A stretch of DNA of 64,000 nucleotides, from positions 769,830-833,829 of the forward strand of contig CAWFQX010000004.1 of assembly GCA_963818075.1 (NCBI GenBank), in the 5' to 3' direction. The translations under genes and the position numbers were made by a program. The notes under the pieces are model-generated. The model worked only from the letters and a program-made list of their open reading frames with translations. It had not been told where the DNA came from and did not search any database. The DNA comes from an uncultured Gammaproteobacteria bacterium (GTDB lineage: Bacteria > Pseudomonadota > Gammaproteobacteria > Steroidobacterales > Steroidobacteraceae). This document shows positions 1 through 13,035 of this stretch, piece after piece. Positions within the stretch are counted from its first letter, which is position 1. Every line of letters begins with the position of its first letter.

Positions 1-24
1 GTTCGCTCAACCAGATGATTCTGC

Positions 25-2215
<2,191 letters not shown>

Positions 2216-2372
2216 TCATGGTAAGTAAATCTGTGGGCGCCAGCCACTTCAATCAAGGCGGCGCCCGCGCGGAAGCCCGCAGCCGTCGCGGTGTTGGTGC
2301 CCCGGGATGCACTGGGTTACTATCACATATTATTCAACCAGTTAAGAAGAAAATATCACGAAAGGTCTAGAA

Positions 2373-4709
2373 TTGACTGACGTCGCTCTGAAGAAGCCCA
2401 AGCAGAAGAGCGCACTCAGCGCCGCTGTCGCGCGATCCCTGCGCGAAGGCACGCTGTGGGTGCTGTCGGCGCTCGCATTGATACTGCTGCTGGCGCTGCT
2501 CTCCTATCATCCCCAGGACCCGGGATTTGCCGACACCGGCGAGCCGGGGCAATCGATCAGCAATTGGATCGGGCCCGTGGGGGCGTGGCTGGCGGGATTT
2601 TTCCTGTTTCTGTTCGGGCGTCCGGCGTACCTGTTTCCCTTGATGTTGGTTTACGCGGGCTGGCTGGTGCACAAGGAACAAGCGCTCCCCGATGCCCGCT
2701 CGCGCATCAATACGCTGCTGCGCGCCGCTGGATTCGTACTGACCCTGGTCACGAGCTGCGGTCTCGCGACGTTGCATTGGAGCGGGGCTGGACTGCCGAT
2801 GAGCGCGGGCGGCGTCCTCGGCGAGTTGGCGGGGCAGGGCAGCGCGCATGGTTTGAGCTTTCTGGGGGCGACTTTGCTCTTGCTGGGGCTGTGGCTCGCG
2901 GGTGTGGCGCTGTTCATGGGCGTCTCCTGGTTCGAGGTCATGGACCGGCTCGGCGCGTGGGTCCTCCAGGCGATCGAGTGGATTCGCACGCGCATCGAGC
3001 AGCGCCGCGAACTGGCTTCCGGGCAGCTGCGCAAGCAGGCACGCCAGGAAGTGGTGCGCGAAGAACAGAAAAAGGTGGCGAACCGGCCGCCGCCGCGCAT
3101 CGAGGCCGCGGCCCCCATCCCGCAGAAAAGCGACCGCGTCGAGCGCGAGCGGCAGGTGCCCTTGTTCGATGCGCCCACGTCGAGCGAGTTGCCGGCGTTG
3201 TCCCTGCTCGACGAGGCGGGCCCGCGCGAGCAGTCCTACTCGGACGAAGCCCTGGAGGCGATGTCGCGCTTGGTGGAGCTCAAGCTGCGCGATTTCGGCG
3301 TGGAAGCCGAGGTCGTCGCCGTGCAGCCCGGCCCCGTGATCACGCGCTTCGAACTGCGGCCGGCGCCCGGCGTGAAGGTCAGCCAGATCAGCAACCTGTC
3401 GAAGGATCTCGCCCGCGCGCTCTCCGCCATCAGCGTCCGCGTCGTGGAAATCATTCCCGGCAAGTCGGTGGTCGGCCTCGAGATCCCGAACGAGAAGCGC
3501 GAGATCGTGACGCTCGGCGAGATCATCAAATCCAAGCCGTACGACGATGTCACCTCGCCGCTCGCACTGGCGCTGGGCAAGGACATCGGCGGCGTCCCCA
3601 TTGTTGCCGATCTCGCGCGCATGCCGCACTTGTTGATCGCGGGCACGACCGGGTCCGGCAAATCGGTCGGCATCAACGCCATGGTGTTGAGCCTGTTGTA
3701 CAAGGCGACGCCCGAACATGTGCGGATGATCATGATCGACCCGAAGATGCTGGAACTCTCGGTGTACGAGGGTATTCCGCATCTGCTCTCGCCGGTCGTG
3801 ACGGATATGAAGCAGGCGGCCAACGCGCTGCGCTGGTGCGTGGCCGAGATGGAGCGGCGCTACCAGCTCATGTCGATGCTCGGCGTGCGCAACATCGGCG
3901 GCTTCAACCGCAAGGTCAAGGATGCGGCGGAAGCGGGCAAGCCGATCAAAGATCCGATTCGGATGGAAAAAATCGCGCAGGGGGTCCCCGGTGTGGTTGC
4001 GGAAGACGTGCCGGACCTGACGGCGCTGCCATTCATCGTCGTGATCATCGACGAATTGGCCGATCTCATGATGATCGTCGGCAAGAAGGTCGAGGAGCTG
4101 ATTGCGCGGCTGGCGCAGAAGGCGCGCGCCGCGGGAATCCACCTCATTCTCGCCACGCAGCGTCCGTCGGTGGACGTCATCACGGGTTTGATCAAGGCCA
4201 ACATCCCGACGCGTATTGCATTCCAGGTCTCCGCCAAGGTGGACTCGCGCACCATTCTGGATCAAAGCGGCGCGGAGTCGCTGCTGGGCCATGGCGACAT
4301 GCTGTACCTGCCCCCCGGCACGTCGATTCCGACCCGCGTCCACGGCGCATTCGTGTCGGATCAAGAAGTGCATCGGGTGGTCGGCGGTCTCAAGTCCGCT
4401 TCGCCGCCGATCTACATCGACGAGATTCTGGACGGCCCGCGCAATCCCATCCCGGGCTTTCCGTCCGACGATGAGGAGAACGGCGAGGGCGGCGCGGTTG
4501 ATGCCGAAGCGGATCCCCTGTACGACGAGGCGGTGCGCATCGTCACCGAAACGCGCAAGGCCTCCATCTCCGGAGTACAGCGCCGCCTCAAGATCGGCTA
4601 CAACCGCGCGGCGCGCCTGGTCGAGGCCATGGAGGCAGCCGGGCTCGTGGGCCCGCTGCAGTCGAACGGCGGCCGCGAGATTTTTGGCGCCGCACCGCCC
4701 GAGGAATGA
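2373..4709 (+). CDS. ftsK: DNA translocase FtsK
   Basis: 778 aa. It has N-terminal TM helices and a Pro/Glu/Arg-rich linker, the motor domain carries Walker A GTTGSGKS, and the C-terminal gamma domain reads [24 protein letters not shown]. The apparent start is TTG. Confidence 0.93.
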   Translation: MTDVALKKPKQKSALSAAVARSLREGTLWVLSALALILLLALLSYHPQDPGFADTGEPGQSISNWIGPVGAWLAGFFLFLFGRPAYLFPLMLVYAGWLVHKEQALPDARSRINTLLRAAGFVLTLVTSCGLATLHWSGAGLPMSAGGVLGELAGQGSAHGLSFLGATLLLLGLWLAGVALFMGVSWFEVMDRLGAWVLQAIEWIRTRIEQRRELASGQLRKQARQEVVREEQKKVANRPPPRIEAAAPIPQKSDRVERERQVPLFDAPTSSELPALSLLDEAGPREQSYSDEALEAMSRLVELKLRDFGVEAEVVAVQPGPVITRFELRPAPGVKVSQISNLSKDLARALSAISVRVVEIIPGKSVVGLEIPNEKREIVTLGEIIKSKPYDDVTSPLALALGKDIGGVPIVADLARMPHLLIAGTTGSGKSVGINAMVLSLLYKATPEHVRMIMIDPKMLELSVYEGIPHLLSPVVTDMKQAANALRWCVAEMERRYQLMSMLGVRNIGGFNRKVKDAAEAGKPIKDPIRMEKIAQGVPGVVAEDVPDLTALPFIVVIIDELADLMMIVGKKVEELIARLAQKARAAGIHLILATQRPSVDVITGLIKANIPTRIAFQVSAKVDSRTILDQSGAESLLGHGDMLYLPPGTSIPTRVHGAFVSDQEVHRVVGGLKSASPPIYIDEILDGPRNPIPGFPSDDEENGEGGAVDAEADPLYDEAVRIVTETRKASISGVQRRLKIGYNRAARLVEAMEAAGLVGPLQSNGGREIFGAAPPEE

Positions 4710-5371
4710 GCCGCATGACCACCCGCACGCTCGCAAAACGCAGCCGCAGCATCGCGGCGGGCCTATTCGTCCTCGCGGCGCTGCTCGGCCCGGCAGCGGC
4801 GACTTCGTCGCCGGCGAGCGATGTGGAGAAGTACTTGAGCGGGCTCGCCAGCTGGAGCGCCGATTTCACGCAGACCATCGATGACGGCCACGGGAATGTG
4901 CTGCGCAGCGCGGCCGGACGGCTGTATTTGCAGCGGCCGGGAAAATTTCGCTGGGACTATTCCGAGCCGTCCGAGCAGCTGATCCTGGCGGACGGCAAAC
5001 AAATCTGGTTTTACGACAAGGACCTGGCGCAGGCCAACGTGCGCGACATGGATACCAGTCTGGCCAGCACCCCCGCGAGTCTGCTGTCGGGCTCAAGTTC
5101 GGTCAGCGCCCAATTCGACGTGACGACCCGGCCGCCGAGCGGGGGTCTGCAGTGGTTCCAACTCGCTCCCAAGCATGCCGATACCGATTTTCAGCTGGTG
5201 CGGATCGGATTCGACAAGGGTGAATTGCGCTCCATGTTCCTCGCCGACAAGCTCAATCAGATCACGCAGCTCACCTTTTCGAACTCCAAGCGCAATGTTC
5301 CGTTGGCGCCGGACCTCTTTACTTTCGTGCCGCCGCCGGGGGTCGATGTGATCGGACGCCAGGCTAAGTGA
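4706..5371 (+). CDS. lolA: outer-membrane lipoprotein carrier protein LolA
   Basis: 221 aa with a signal peptide. LolA-like motifs are present (FTQT...[14 protein letters not shown]...Q.I..DGK.IW.YD). There is a 4-nt overlap with ftsK, and the synteny is ftsK-lolA-rarA. Confidence 0.9.
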   Translation: MSRMTTRTLAKRSRSIAAGLFVLAALLGPAAATSSPASDVEKYLSGLASWSADFTQTIDDGHGNVLRSAAGRLYLQRPGKFRWDYSEPSEQLILADGKQIWFYDKDLAQANVRDMDTSLASTPASLLSGSSSVSAQFDVTTRPPSGGLQWFQLAPKHADTDFQLVRIGFDKGELRSMFLADKLNQITQLTFSNSKRNVPLAPDLFTFVPPPGVDVIGRQAK

Positions 5372-6690
5372 CGGTCAGCGACGGCACTTACCGCCCGCTG
5401 GCTGACCGACTGCGCCCACGGTCCCTCGATGAGTACGTGGGACAGTCTCATTTGCTGGGAGCCGGTGCGCCGCTGCGCCGTGCATTGGAGTCGGGGCGCC
5501 CGCATTCGATGATCTTGTGGGGCCCGCCGGGCACCGGCAAAACGACATTGGCGCGGCTCGTGGCAACCGGTGCGCAGGCGGAGTTCATCTCACTGTCGGC
5601 AGTGCTGGCCGGCATCAAGGACATCCGCGCCGTCGTGGAGCAGGCCAAGGCCTTGCGCGGCACTCGCGACACCGTGCTGTTTCTCGATGAGGTGCATCGC
5701 TTCAACAAGGCGCAGCAGGACACCTTTCTGCCCTATGTCGAGGATGGCACTTTGATTTTCGTCGGTGCTACCACCGAGAATCCATCGTTCGAAGTCAATA
5801 ATGCGCTGCTGTCGCGGGCGCGGGTCTACGTGCTCAAGTCCCTCGATGCCGCGGATCTCAAGAAATTGCTCGAGCGTGCATTGACGGATCAGGAGCGGGG
5901 GCTGGGGAAGCTGAACCTGCAAATCGACGCCGGGGCGACCGAATTATTGCTGGCCGCTGCGGACGGCGATGCGCGGCGCATGCTCAACCTGCTTGAGACC
6001 GCGGCGGATTTGAGCTCGCCGCAAGGCGCGGGCCGCCACTTGGACGTCGACACCATGCGCGCGGTGATCGGCAGCACCTATGTGCGTTTCGACAAGGGCG
6101 GCGAGAATTTCTACGACCAGATTTCGGCCTTGCACAAGTCGGTTCGCGGCAGCGATCCGGACGCGGCGCTCTATTGGCTGTGCCGCATGCTGGCCGGCGG
6201 CTGCGATCCTTTATACATTGCCCGCCGCGCGCTGCGCATGGCGAGCGAGGACATCGGCAACGCCGATCCCCGGGCGCTCACCCTGGCGTTGGAGGCCTGT
6301 GCGGTGTACGAGCGATTGGGGAGTCCCGAAGGCGAGCTCGCCATTGCGCAAGCCATCGTGTTCATGGCATGCGCGGCCAAGAGCAATGCCGTCTACACCG
6401 CTTACCAGGCCGCGGCCGAGGACGCCGCCCGCTTGGGCTCGCTCGAGGTGCCGCTGCATTTGCGCAACGCGCCAACCCGCTTGATGAAGGAGATCGGCTA
6501 CGGCAAGGGTTATCGGTACGCGCATGACGAGCCCGGCGGCTACGCGGCGGGCGAGCGCTACTTCCCCGAGGAGATGCCCGACCGGCGTTACTATGTGCCG
6601 GCGCCGCGCGGGTTGGAGATCAAGATCGGCGAGGCGCTCAATCAGCGCCGCGAGCGCGATCGGCAGGCACGCGGCGCCGGCGGATCGTGA
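5368..6690 (+). CDS. rarA: replication-associated recombination protein A (MgsA/RarA AAA+ ATPase)
   Basis: 440 aa. It has Walker A GPPGTGKTT, Walker B LFLDEVHRFNK and the conserved C-terminal MgsA region (YDQISALHKSVRGSDPDAALYW). Confidence 0.93.
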   Translation: MTVSDGTYRPLADRLRPRSLDEYVGQSHLLGAGAPLRRALESGRPHSMILWGPPGTGKTTLARLVATGAQAEFISLSAVLAGIKDIRAVVEQAKALRGTRDTVLFLDEVHRFNKAQQDTFLPYVEDGTLIFVGATTENPSFEVNNALLSRARVYVLKSLDAADLKKLLERALTDQERGLGKLNLQIDAGATELLLAAADGDARRMLNLLETAADLSSPQGAGRHLDVDTMRAVIGSTYVRFDKGGENFYDQISALHKSVRGSDPDAALYWLCRMLAGGCDPLYIARRALRMASEDIGNADPRALTLALEACAVYERLGSPEGELAIAQAIVFMACAAKSNAVYTAYQAAAEDAARLGSLEVPLHLRNAPTRLMKEIGYGKGYRYAHDEPGGYAAGERYFPEEMPDRRYYVPAPRGLEIKIGEALNQRRERDRQARGAGGS

Positions 6691-6738
6691 CGTTTCCGCG
6701 GGAACGTCGTCCGACCTGCGGATGGTTCAAGGTTATAG

Positions 6739-8024
<1,286 letters not shown>

Positions 8025-8025
<1 letters not shown>

Positions 8026-8050
8026 GCGCGGGCCATTGAAGGCCCGCGCT
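8025..8050. terminator. GC-rich hairpin between the convergent serS and BI-1 genes
   Basis: agcgcgggcc-attgaa-ggcccgcgct forms a 10-bp perfect stem with a 6-nt loop and starts at the serS stop codon. There is no long T-tract. Confidence 0.45.
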
Positions 8051-8091
8051 TAAGATCGAAGTTTTGAGAATTGTTCCTGCGGTCGGGCGGC

Positions 8092-8787
8092 CTAGTTGCG
8101 GCTGCCCATCACCAGTCGCAGCACATACCAGAACATCAGCGCGATCGACGCGAACAGCTGCATCGCAGCCGATACGTACCGATCTTCCGGATAGTTGTGA
8201 ATGATGTTGGACGTGTCATAGAGCACTGCAACGCCCGCGAACCCGATCATGGCCACCGAGAACCAGGTGCCGAGTTGGAACCCGAAGACGGCGCCGCCAA
8301 TCATGACCACCAATGCCATGACTCCGCCCCACATGAGCAGTGCGCGCAAGAAGGAAAAGTCCTTGCGGGTGCGATGTGCGACGAACATGAGCCCACCGGC
8401 GCCCAAAGCGGTCACCAAAGTGGCGCTGTCGATCGCTCCAGGAGCCTTCGCATCGGCGATATACAGCAGCGGCACGAAGATCAGGGCCTCCGCAACCACG
8501 TACGCCCCATAGGCGAAATACTGCATGCCGATCGAGGTGCTGGTTTGTGCCGTGCGCGAAGCCAACCAGCCGGTCAGCATGAACGCGCCGAGAATCAGAA
8601 ACCAATTGAAGCCGAGCATGAACCGCGCGATTTGACCCGCGAGGCCGGACTCGAACAGTCCGAGCTCGACCAGAATGAAACCGAGGATGCCCCCGACCAG
8701 GTGCGTGTAGGTGCGCGTGATGAATACGCTGCGGCTGTCCGCTCCCACGCCTGGAAAGGCGGCGTTGTTGCTGGGGAAATTCGCCAT
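8092..8787 (-). CDS. Bax inhibitor-1/YccA family inner-membrane protein
   Basis: 231 aa with about 7 predicted TM helices. The N-terminal region (FITRTYTHLVGGILGF) and overall layout are typical of the BI-1/YccA family. Confidence 0.85.
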   Translation of the reverse strand: MANFPSNNAAFPGVGADSRSVFITRTYTHLVGGILGFILVELGLFESGLAGQIARFMLGFNWFLILGAFMLTGWLASRTAQTSTSIGMQYFAYGAYVVAEALIFVPLLYIADAKAPGAIDSATLVTALGAGGLMFVAHRTRKDFSFLRALLMWGGVMALVVMIGGAVFGFQLGTWFSVAMIGFAGVAVLYDTSNIIHNYPEDRYVSAAMQLFASIALMFWYVLRLVMGSRN

Positions 8788-8892
8788 CTAAGTGTCCTCC
8801 AATGATGCTCGGCGCGTCCATTTTAGCACCCCCACCAAAGGGGTGCTGAATTAGCCGGCAATGCATGCCAAATGGGGCCTAAAACCGCAGGT

Positions 8893-10923
8893 TCAATGCG
8901 TCGCCGTATCGAATTCCGCGCCCACCCAGCGTTTCAGGGCCTCGGTAGACTGCGGACGGCCCAGAAAGTTCTTGACCAGGTCGTTCGCCGATACCGAGCC
9001 GCCCGGCTCGAGCACCGTGCGCCGATAGCGCAATGCCGCGTCGCCGGCGAGCAGATTCTTGGAGTCGAATTGCCCGAAGAAATCTTCGGCGATCACCTTG
9101 TCCCACAGGTAGGTGTAGTACGCGGACGAGTATCCCGACAGATGCCCGAAGGATGCGTACATGTGCGTGCCTTCCGGCGGCGTGAACGGCGTGTATTTGC
9201 GCATGTCGCGATCGGCAATCACATCGAGGTCCACGCCCTCCGGTTTGGTATCGTAAATGTCATAGGAAATGGCGGTGTAGCCGTTTTGCTGGGCGACCCA
9301 GTTGGCGCGCCCGAATGCCGACGCCCGATTCATGCGCAGCACGAGCTCCGCCGGAATCGGTGCGCCGGATCGATAGTCGCGCGCAAAGGATGCCAAAACC
9401 TGCGGACTTTGGATCCATTCCTCCAGCATTTGCGAGGGCGCTTCGACAAAATCGGACTCCATGGAAATCCCGCTGATTCCCGCCCACGGCTGCTGGCCAC
9501 CCAAAATCATGTGCATGAGATGCCCGAACTCGTGGAAAAACACCTGCACGTCCCCATATTCCATGAGGCCGGGATCCTGGGCGGTCGGCTGCGGGAAATT
9601 GCAAAGCAGGGCGGCTTCCGGGAGTCGTTTACCGCGTACGCCGTCGAGCACGGGCATCATCTCTGCGTGCGAGAATTTGCCGGCGCGGGGGTGCATATCA
9701 AGGTAGAAGCGTCCGATCACCTTGCCCGCATCGAGCACTTGCCATGTTTCCACGGACGGATCCCAGGCCGGCACGGCTTTTTCTTGCCGGAACGTGACGT
9801 GGAACAAGGTGGCCGCGGTGTCGAGTATTCCCTGTCGCACGCGCTCGTACGGAAAGTAGGGGCGCACCGATTGCGAATCGAAGTTGAAGCTGGAGCGGCG
9901 CACCTGCTCCTGGTAGTAGTTCCTTTCCGCCAGGCCGATCGTAGTCGCCTTCGGATCGGTTTTTTTCTTCTCCGCGAGCAGCATTTGAAATTCCCGTTCA
10001 GCGCCCGGGCGCACCGCCGAATCGACAACCTGAATGAATTCGCCAATTTTTGCACCGCTGACGATCATCTTGTCCGCCGCATTGTAATCCGCCCATGATT
10101 GGTATCCGAGTATCGAGGCGATGTCGTATCGCGTGCGCAGCATCTTCATCAGCACATCGCGGTTCTGAGGGTAGGCGCGCGTGTTGAACGCAACGAACAG
10201 GCGGCGGCGCAGCGCGTCGCTCGCCGCAAAATTCATCGCCGGAACGTAATCCGGATAGCTGGTGGTGATATGGATGACGCCGTCCTTGTCGGCCTTGTGG
10301 TTATCTAGATAATCCTGCGGCAATCCGGCGAGCTCGGATGCGTCGCGGACCTCGACCGACTTCTCTCCGTCGTTGATGTTGCGGTCGAACGCCGATTGCT
10401 CTTCGGTGAGTTCGTCATTGAGCGCCTTCAGGCGCGCCCGCGTCGCATCGTCCTTGTCGACGCCGGCAAGCCGAAATTCGAGCAGTTGACGCTGCATGTA
10501 GTACTGGGTGGCCGGCTCGGCCTGGGCCAGGGGCACCGCCGCCAGGGCTTGATAAACGTTGCGATTCAGCGCGAGCGCCGTTTGAACGGCGCTCGCCTTG
10601 CGGGTCATTGCCGTGGCGCGGTCGCGAAACGCTGCGTCGGGGTGCACGGCCTCCATGAGAGAAGAGAAATAGAGGGCGGCATTGATCTGCCAGACCGCGT
10701 CGTCGTAATTGCGCAGCGTGTTGTCGATGGTTCTCGGACCCTTGGCCGCCACGATCTTGTCGATCGAGCGCTGCGCCGTATCGAGCCGCTCATTCTCGAT
10801 TTTCTCGAAGCCATTGACGTCGGGCCTGGTGCTCCAAATAGGCGGCGGCAAATCCAGGGCGACGGCCAGGGTTGCGGACGAAGAGGTCATTAATCCGAAG
10901 GCGCATAGCTTGATGATCCGCAT
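8893..10923 (-). CDS. secreted M3-family zinc metallopeptidase (thimet oligopeptidase/Dcp-like)
   Basis: The HEFGH zinc motif is present (FFHEFGHLMH). I place the start at the internal ATG at 10923 (MRIIKLCAFGLMTSSSATLAVA, a signal peptide) rather than at the ORF-track start 11133. Confidence 0.85.
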   Translation of the reverse strand: MRIIKLCAFGLMTSSSATLAVALDLPPPIWSTRPDVNGFEKIENERLDTAQRSIDKIVAAKGPRTIDNTLRNYDDAVWQINAALYFSSLMEAVHPDAAFRDRATAMTRKASAVQTALALNRNVYQALAAVPLAQAEPATQYYMQRQLLEFRLAGVDKDDATRARLKALNDELTEEQSAFDRNINDGEKSVEVRDASELAGLPQDYLDNHKADKDGVIHITTSYPDYVPAMNFAASDALRRRLFVAFNTRAYPQNRDVLMKMLRTRYDIASILGYQSWADYNAADKMIVSGAKIGEFIQVVDSAVRPGAEREFQMLLAEKKKTDPKATTIGLAERNYYQEQVRRSSFNFDSQSVRPYFPYERVRQGILDTAATLFHVTFRQEKAVPAWDPSVETWQVLDAGKVIGRFYLDMHPRAGKFSHAEMMPVLDGVRGKRLPEAALLCNFPQPTAQDPGLMEYGDVQVFFHEFGHLMHMILGGQQPWAGISGISMESDFVEAPSQMLEEWIQSPQVLASFARDYRSGAPIPAELVLRMNRASAFGRANWVAQQNGYTAISYDIYDTKPEGVDLDVIADRDMRKYTPFTPPEGTHMYASFGHLSGYSSAYYTYLWDKVIAEDFFGQFDSKNLLAGDAALRYRRTVLEPGGSVSANDLVKNFLGRPQSTEALKRWVGAEFDTATH

Positions 10924-10993
10924 TCCGCATTCCTCGAATGGTTTTCGATGCGGGATTATAAGAGGCTGGCGAGCCGCGTTGCAGGGAATTGCC

Positions 10994-11215
10994 TCAAGTC
11001 CGATGCGCGTCGATCCACGGAGCGCCAAGGTACTCGCGAATTTGCTCCAGCTCCACTTTGCTGGCATCCCACCACTGATTGTGGCAGCTGGCATACAGGC
11101 GAATGTTGGTGGCTTCGATAAGGGCGGTTGCAATCAGCGCGACGGGGAAGACCGTCAGGACGTCGTTTCCGCATTTCGGACATGTGACCGGAAACCTGAT
11201 TGTCGGTTCGATCAT
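10994..11215 (-). CDS. small hypothetical protein with a CPxCG motif (73 aa)
   Basis: ORF MIEPTIRFPVTCPKCGNDVLTVFPVALIATALIEA...QIREYLGAPWIDAHRT. A recognisable paralog lies at 11763..12026 on the opposite strand. I recognise no family. Confidence 0.45.
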   Translation of the reverse strand: MIEPTIRFPVTCPKCGNDVLTVFPVALIATALIEATNIRLYASCHNQWWDASKVELEQIREYLGAPWIDAHRT

Positions 11216-11431
11216 GGCGCCGTCGCTCCCTCGTTAAGTGCAGGAACGAACGTCGGCGGTTTCTGGTGCTACCGAAGTCGTAGCGCATAGTATTCGATCG
11301 AGAGTCAGTGGGTGCCAACCTATGTTATGACGCATCGGCCCCGCCAAGGGTTGCGCGGAGATGCATTCACCCCTGAAACCGGGTTCGAGATAGGGCAGAA
11401 TACCAGACAAGTGGTTGATTTTGATGGTATC

Positions 11432-11521
11432 GGAGAGGTGGCAGAGCGGTTGAATGCACCGGTCTTGAAAACCGGCAGCCCCTTACGGGGCTCGTGAGTT
11501 CGAATCTCACCCTCTCCGCCA
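11432..11521 (+). tRNA. tRNA-Ser (anticodon UGA)
   Basis: GGAGAGGTGGCAGAGCGGTTGAATGCACCGGTCTTGAAAACCGGCAGCCCCTTACGGGGCTCGTGAGTTCGAATCTCACCCTCTCCGCCA. It has a 7-bp acceptor stem, anticodon loop CT-TGA-AA, a long variable arm, a GTTCGAATC T-loop and an encoded CCA. Confidence 0.93.
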
Positions 11522-11530
11522 AACTCGGCT

Positions 11531-11632
11531 CTCGTGAGTTCGACAAAATCGCCGGGAGCGATTTTGGACGCGCGCAGCGCGCCCGCAGGGCGAGGGCCGG
11601 GACGGCCCGAGTCAATCTCACCCTCTCCGCCA
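11531..11632 (+). repeat. split duplicate of the tRNA-Ser 3' end
   Basis: ctcgtgagttcga (11531-11543) repeats tRNA positions 11491-11503. aatctcaccctctccgcca (11614-11632) repeats tRNA positions 11503-11521. The two halves are separated by a 70-nt insert. Confidence 0.75.
11545..11565. terminator. A/T-flanked hairpin downstream of tRNA-Ser
   Basis: aaaatcgc-cggga-gcgatttt forms an 8-bp stem whose 3' arm ends in TTTT. This is a plausible bidirectional terminator-like structure 24 nt after the tRNA. Confidence 0.35.
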
Positions 11633-11762
11633 GTCGTGACGGAAATTCCTGTCAATCTCCAACTACGTTCAACCCTGTATTTCCGCGCTCGCGTCGGAAG
11701 CGTAAGTTAATGTTCGACAGCATTTGGTCTTGACAATTATTAATGTGGGGAGCGACAGACCT

Positions 11763-12026
11763 ATGGGCGAACCACTGGTTAGATTCCCGGCCGTATGCCC
11801 GGATTGCGGCAGAGAACACCTCGCTTCAATTCCGGTCGGCGTGTTCGCGGCGGCGTTGATCGCGCCTCAGGCCGCAGGCAATCAGGTTCATGAATACCTG
11901 GCCGCGATTGTTCGATGCCCGGCGGATCACCGCCGCGTTTCAACAACGTTGAAGGCCAGCAAGGGTTTTGTCAGGGTTGCGCGATCGAATCAACCATGTG
12001 CGTTTCCATTTCGGAAACCTGCATGA
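11763..12026 (+). CDS. small hypothetical protein, diverged paralog of 10994..11215
   Basis: MGEPLVRFPAVCPDCGREHLASIPVGVFAAALIA...QVHEYLAA aligns with MIEPTIRFPVTCPKCGNDVLTVFPVALIATALIE...QIREYLGA. The 3' end overlaps the convergent gene by 56 nt, so the true stop or intactness is uncertain. Confidence 0.3.
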   Translation: MGEPLVRFPAVCPDCGREHLASIPVGVFAAALIAPQAAGNQVHEYLAAIVRCPADHRRVSTTLKASKGFVRVARSNQPCAFPFRKPA

Positions 12027-12975
12027 CGCTCTCAGCTCGCGATGCATAGAGAGATTTCAGCAGGGCCTGATCCCATGGACTCATTCCCTCGACCGGAGTC
12101 TCGCCTGGCTCGCTGAACAATCGGAGCACAGACGGCGCGGAAACGATGGGTCGATCTAAATTGATTTCCGCGAGCCCTACCATCGCAATGTAGTCGGAAA
12201 GCTGACCCAGGTTAATGCTCTTGATACGAGCCAGATCGACGATGATGATTGCGGTGTAAATGGATCGCACGGCGCTGCGGCTAAGACGCGAGTTAGGCAA
12301 CCTGGCAGTTGGCCAATTGGACATCGCGGCGGAAGATGAGCCGCTTATAGCCCCACCCATCGAGGCTCCCCCGGAAACTCCGATGAATGCCTCAGCGATA
12401 ACAACTCCTCCGGCTTCGTCGCCTTCGTTCTGCCAGTTCTGCCAGACGCGTACAGGCCGCTCGGTTCGCAAAAAGTGCTGCAACGGACCGAGTCCGTTGT
12501 GCGTATCAAACAGCTGTGGCCTCTTCTTCAGCAATCCATTCAAGATTTGATCGGCCTGCGAACTTACGAGGATGAAGAAGTTTGCCTTGCAGTTTTCAGG
12601 CGCCAACGGAGCACCTGCGTTGCGCACGGACTGGGACAATCGCTGGAGGACGAATTCGCCTTGATCTCGCGGTAATCCCGCGACGAGCGGACACACCTTT
12701 GTATTCCAACGCGTCAGGGATTCGCCGGAGTGTTGCACCACCGCCGTTTTCACAAACTGATCTGCCTGAAGCCGCAGTTCTTCGCGTTCCTTCTTTCTCG
12801 CCTCTACCGTTATCGAATCCAACTGACTTTCAGATGCGGTGGCAAGCAAAGGAATGAAAAGACCGGCCACCATTAAATGGGACCAAGTGCGCAGCAGCCG
12901 TGACCTGCGCTCGGCTGTGGGGCCGAATCTGCCGCGATGCACAATCCTGGCGTTTTGGGATTTCACGTTCCCCAC
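11971..12975 (-). CDS. hypothetical secreted/periplasmic protein
   Basis: This 334-aa ORF sits in about 48-50% G+C DNA (hand count) and has an N-terminal hydrophobic segment LMVAGLFIPLLATASES. I recognise no family. The start is uncertain (12975 or the internal Met at 12873). Confidence 0.5.
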   Translation of the reverse strand: MGNVKSQNARIVHRGRFGPTAERRSRLLRTWSHLMVAGLFIPLLATASESQLDSITVEARKKEREELRLQADQFVKTAVVQHSGESLTRWNTKVCPLVAGLPRDQGEFVLQRLSQSVRNAGAPLAPENCKANFFILVSSQADQILNGLLKKRPQLFDTHNGLGPLQHFLRTERPVRVWQNWQNEGDEAGGVVIAEAFIGVSGGASMGGAISGSSSAAMSNWPTARLPNSRLSRSAVRSIYTAIIIVDLARIKSINLGQLSDYIAMVGLAEINLDRPIVSAPSVLRLFSEPGETPVEGMSPWDQALLKSLYASRAESVMQVSEMETHMVDSIAQP

Positions 12976-13035
12976 CCGCGCGTCTTCGGGCTAATTATTT
13001 GATGCGGGGATGATAACAACTTCCCTTCGAACATT

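Noticed and set aside
2367-4736. A 789-aa ORF runs antisense to ftsK. Similar very long shadow ORFs include 16155..18134, 24370..25770, 25844..27682, 41607..42767, 49271..52363 and 55421..56998.
   Set aside because: Their translations are Arg/Ala/Gly/Pro-rich low-complexity strings without motifs. Each fully overlaps a gene with unmistakable conserved motifs. Long open shadow frames are expected at this G+C content.
8820-8850. The hairpin agcacccc-caccaaa-ggggtgct downstream of the M3 peptidase gene, considered as an intrinsic terminator.
   Set aside because: On the transcribed (minus) strand the stem is followed by AAAAT rather than a U-tract, so it is too weak to annotate.
11870-11952. An alternative +1 frame of the second small ORF (AIRFMNTWPRLFDARRITAAFQQR*) seemed to resemble the middle of the first copy (NIRLYASCHNQWWDASKVELEQIR). 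This would suggest a frameshift.
   Set aside because: The in-frame alignment (QVHEYLAA versus QIREYLGA) is at least as good. Both similarities are too short to decide by eye.
11522-13030. Calling the tRNA-adjacent islet a mobile element or genomic island.
   Set aside because: No integrase, transposase, excisionase or phage genes are visible, and the repeat-bounded interval is only about 90 nt. It is therefore reported as a repeat/scar and a compositional anomaly only.
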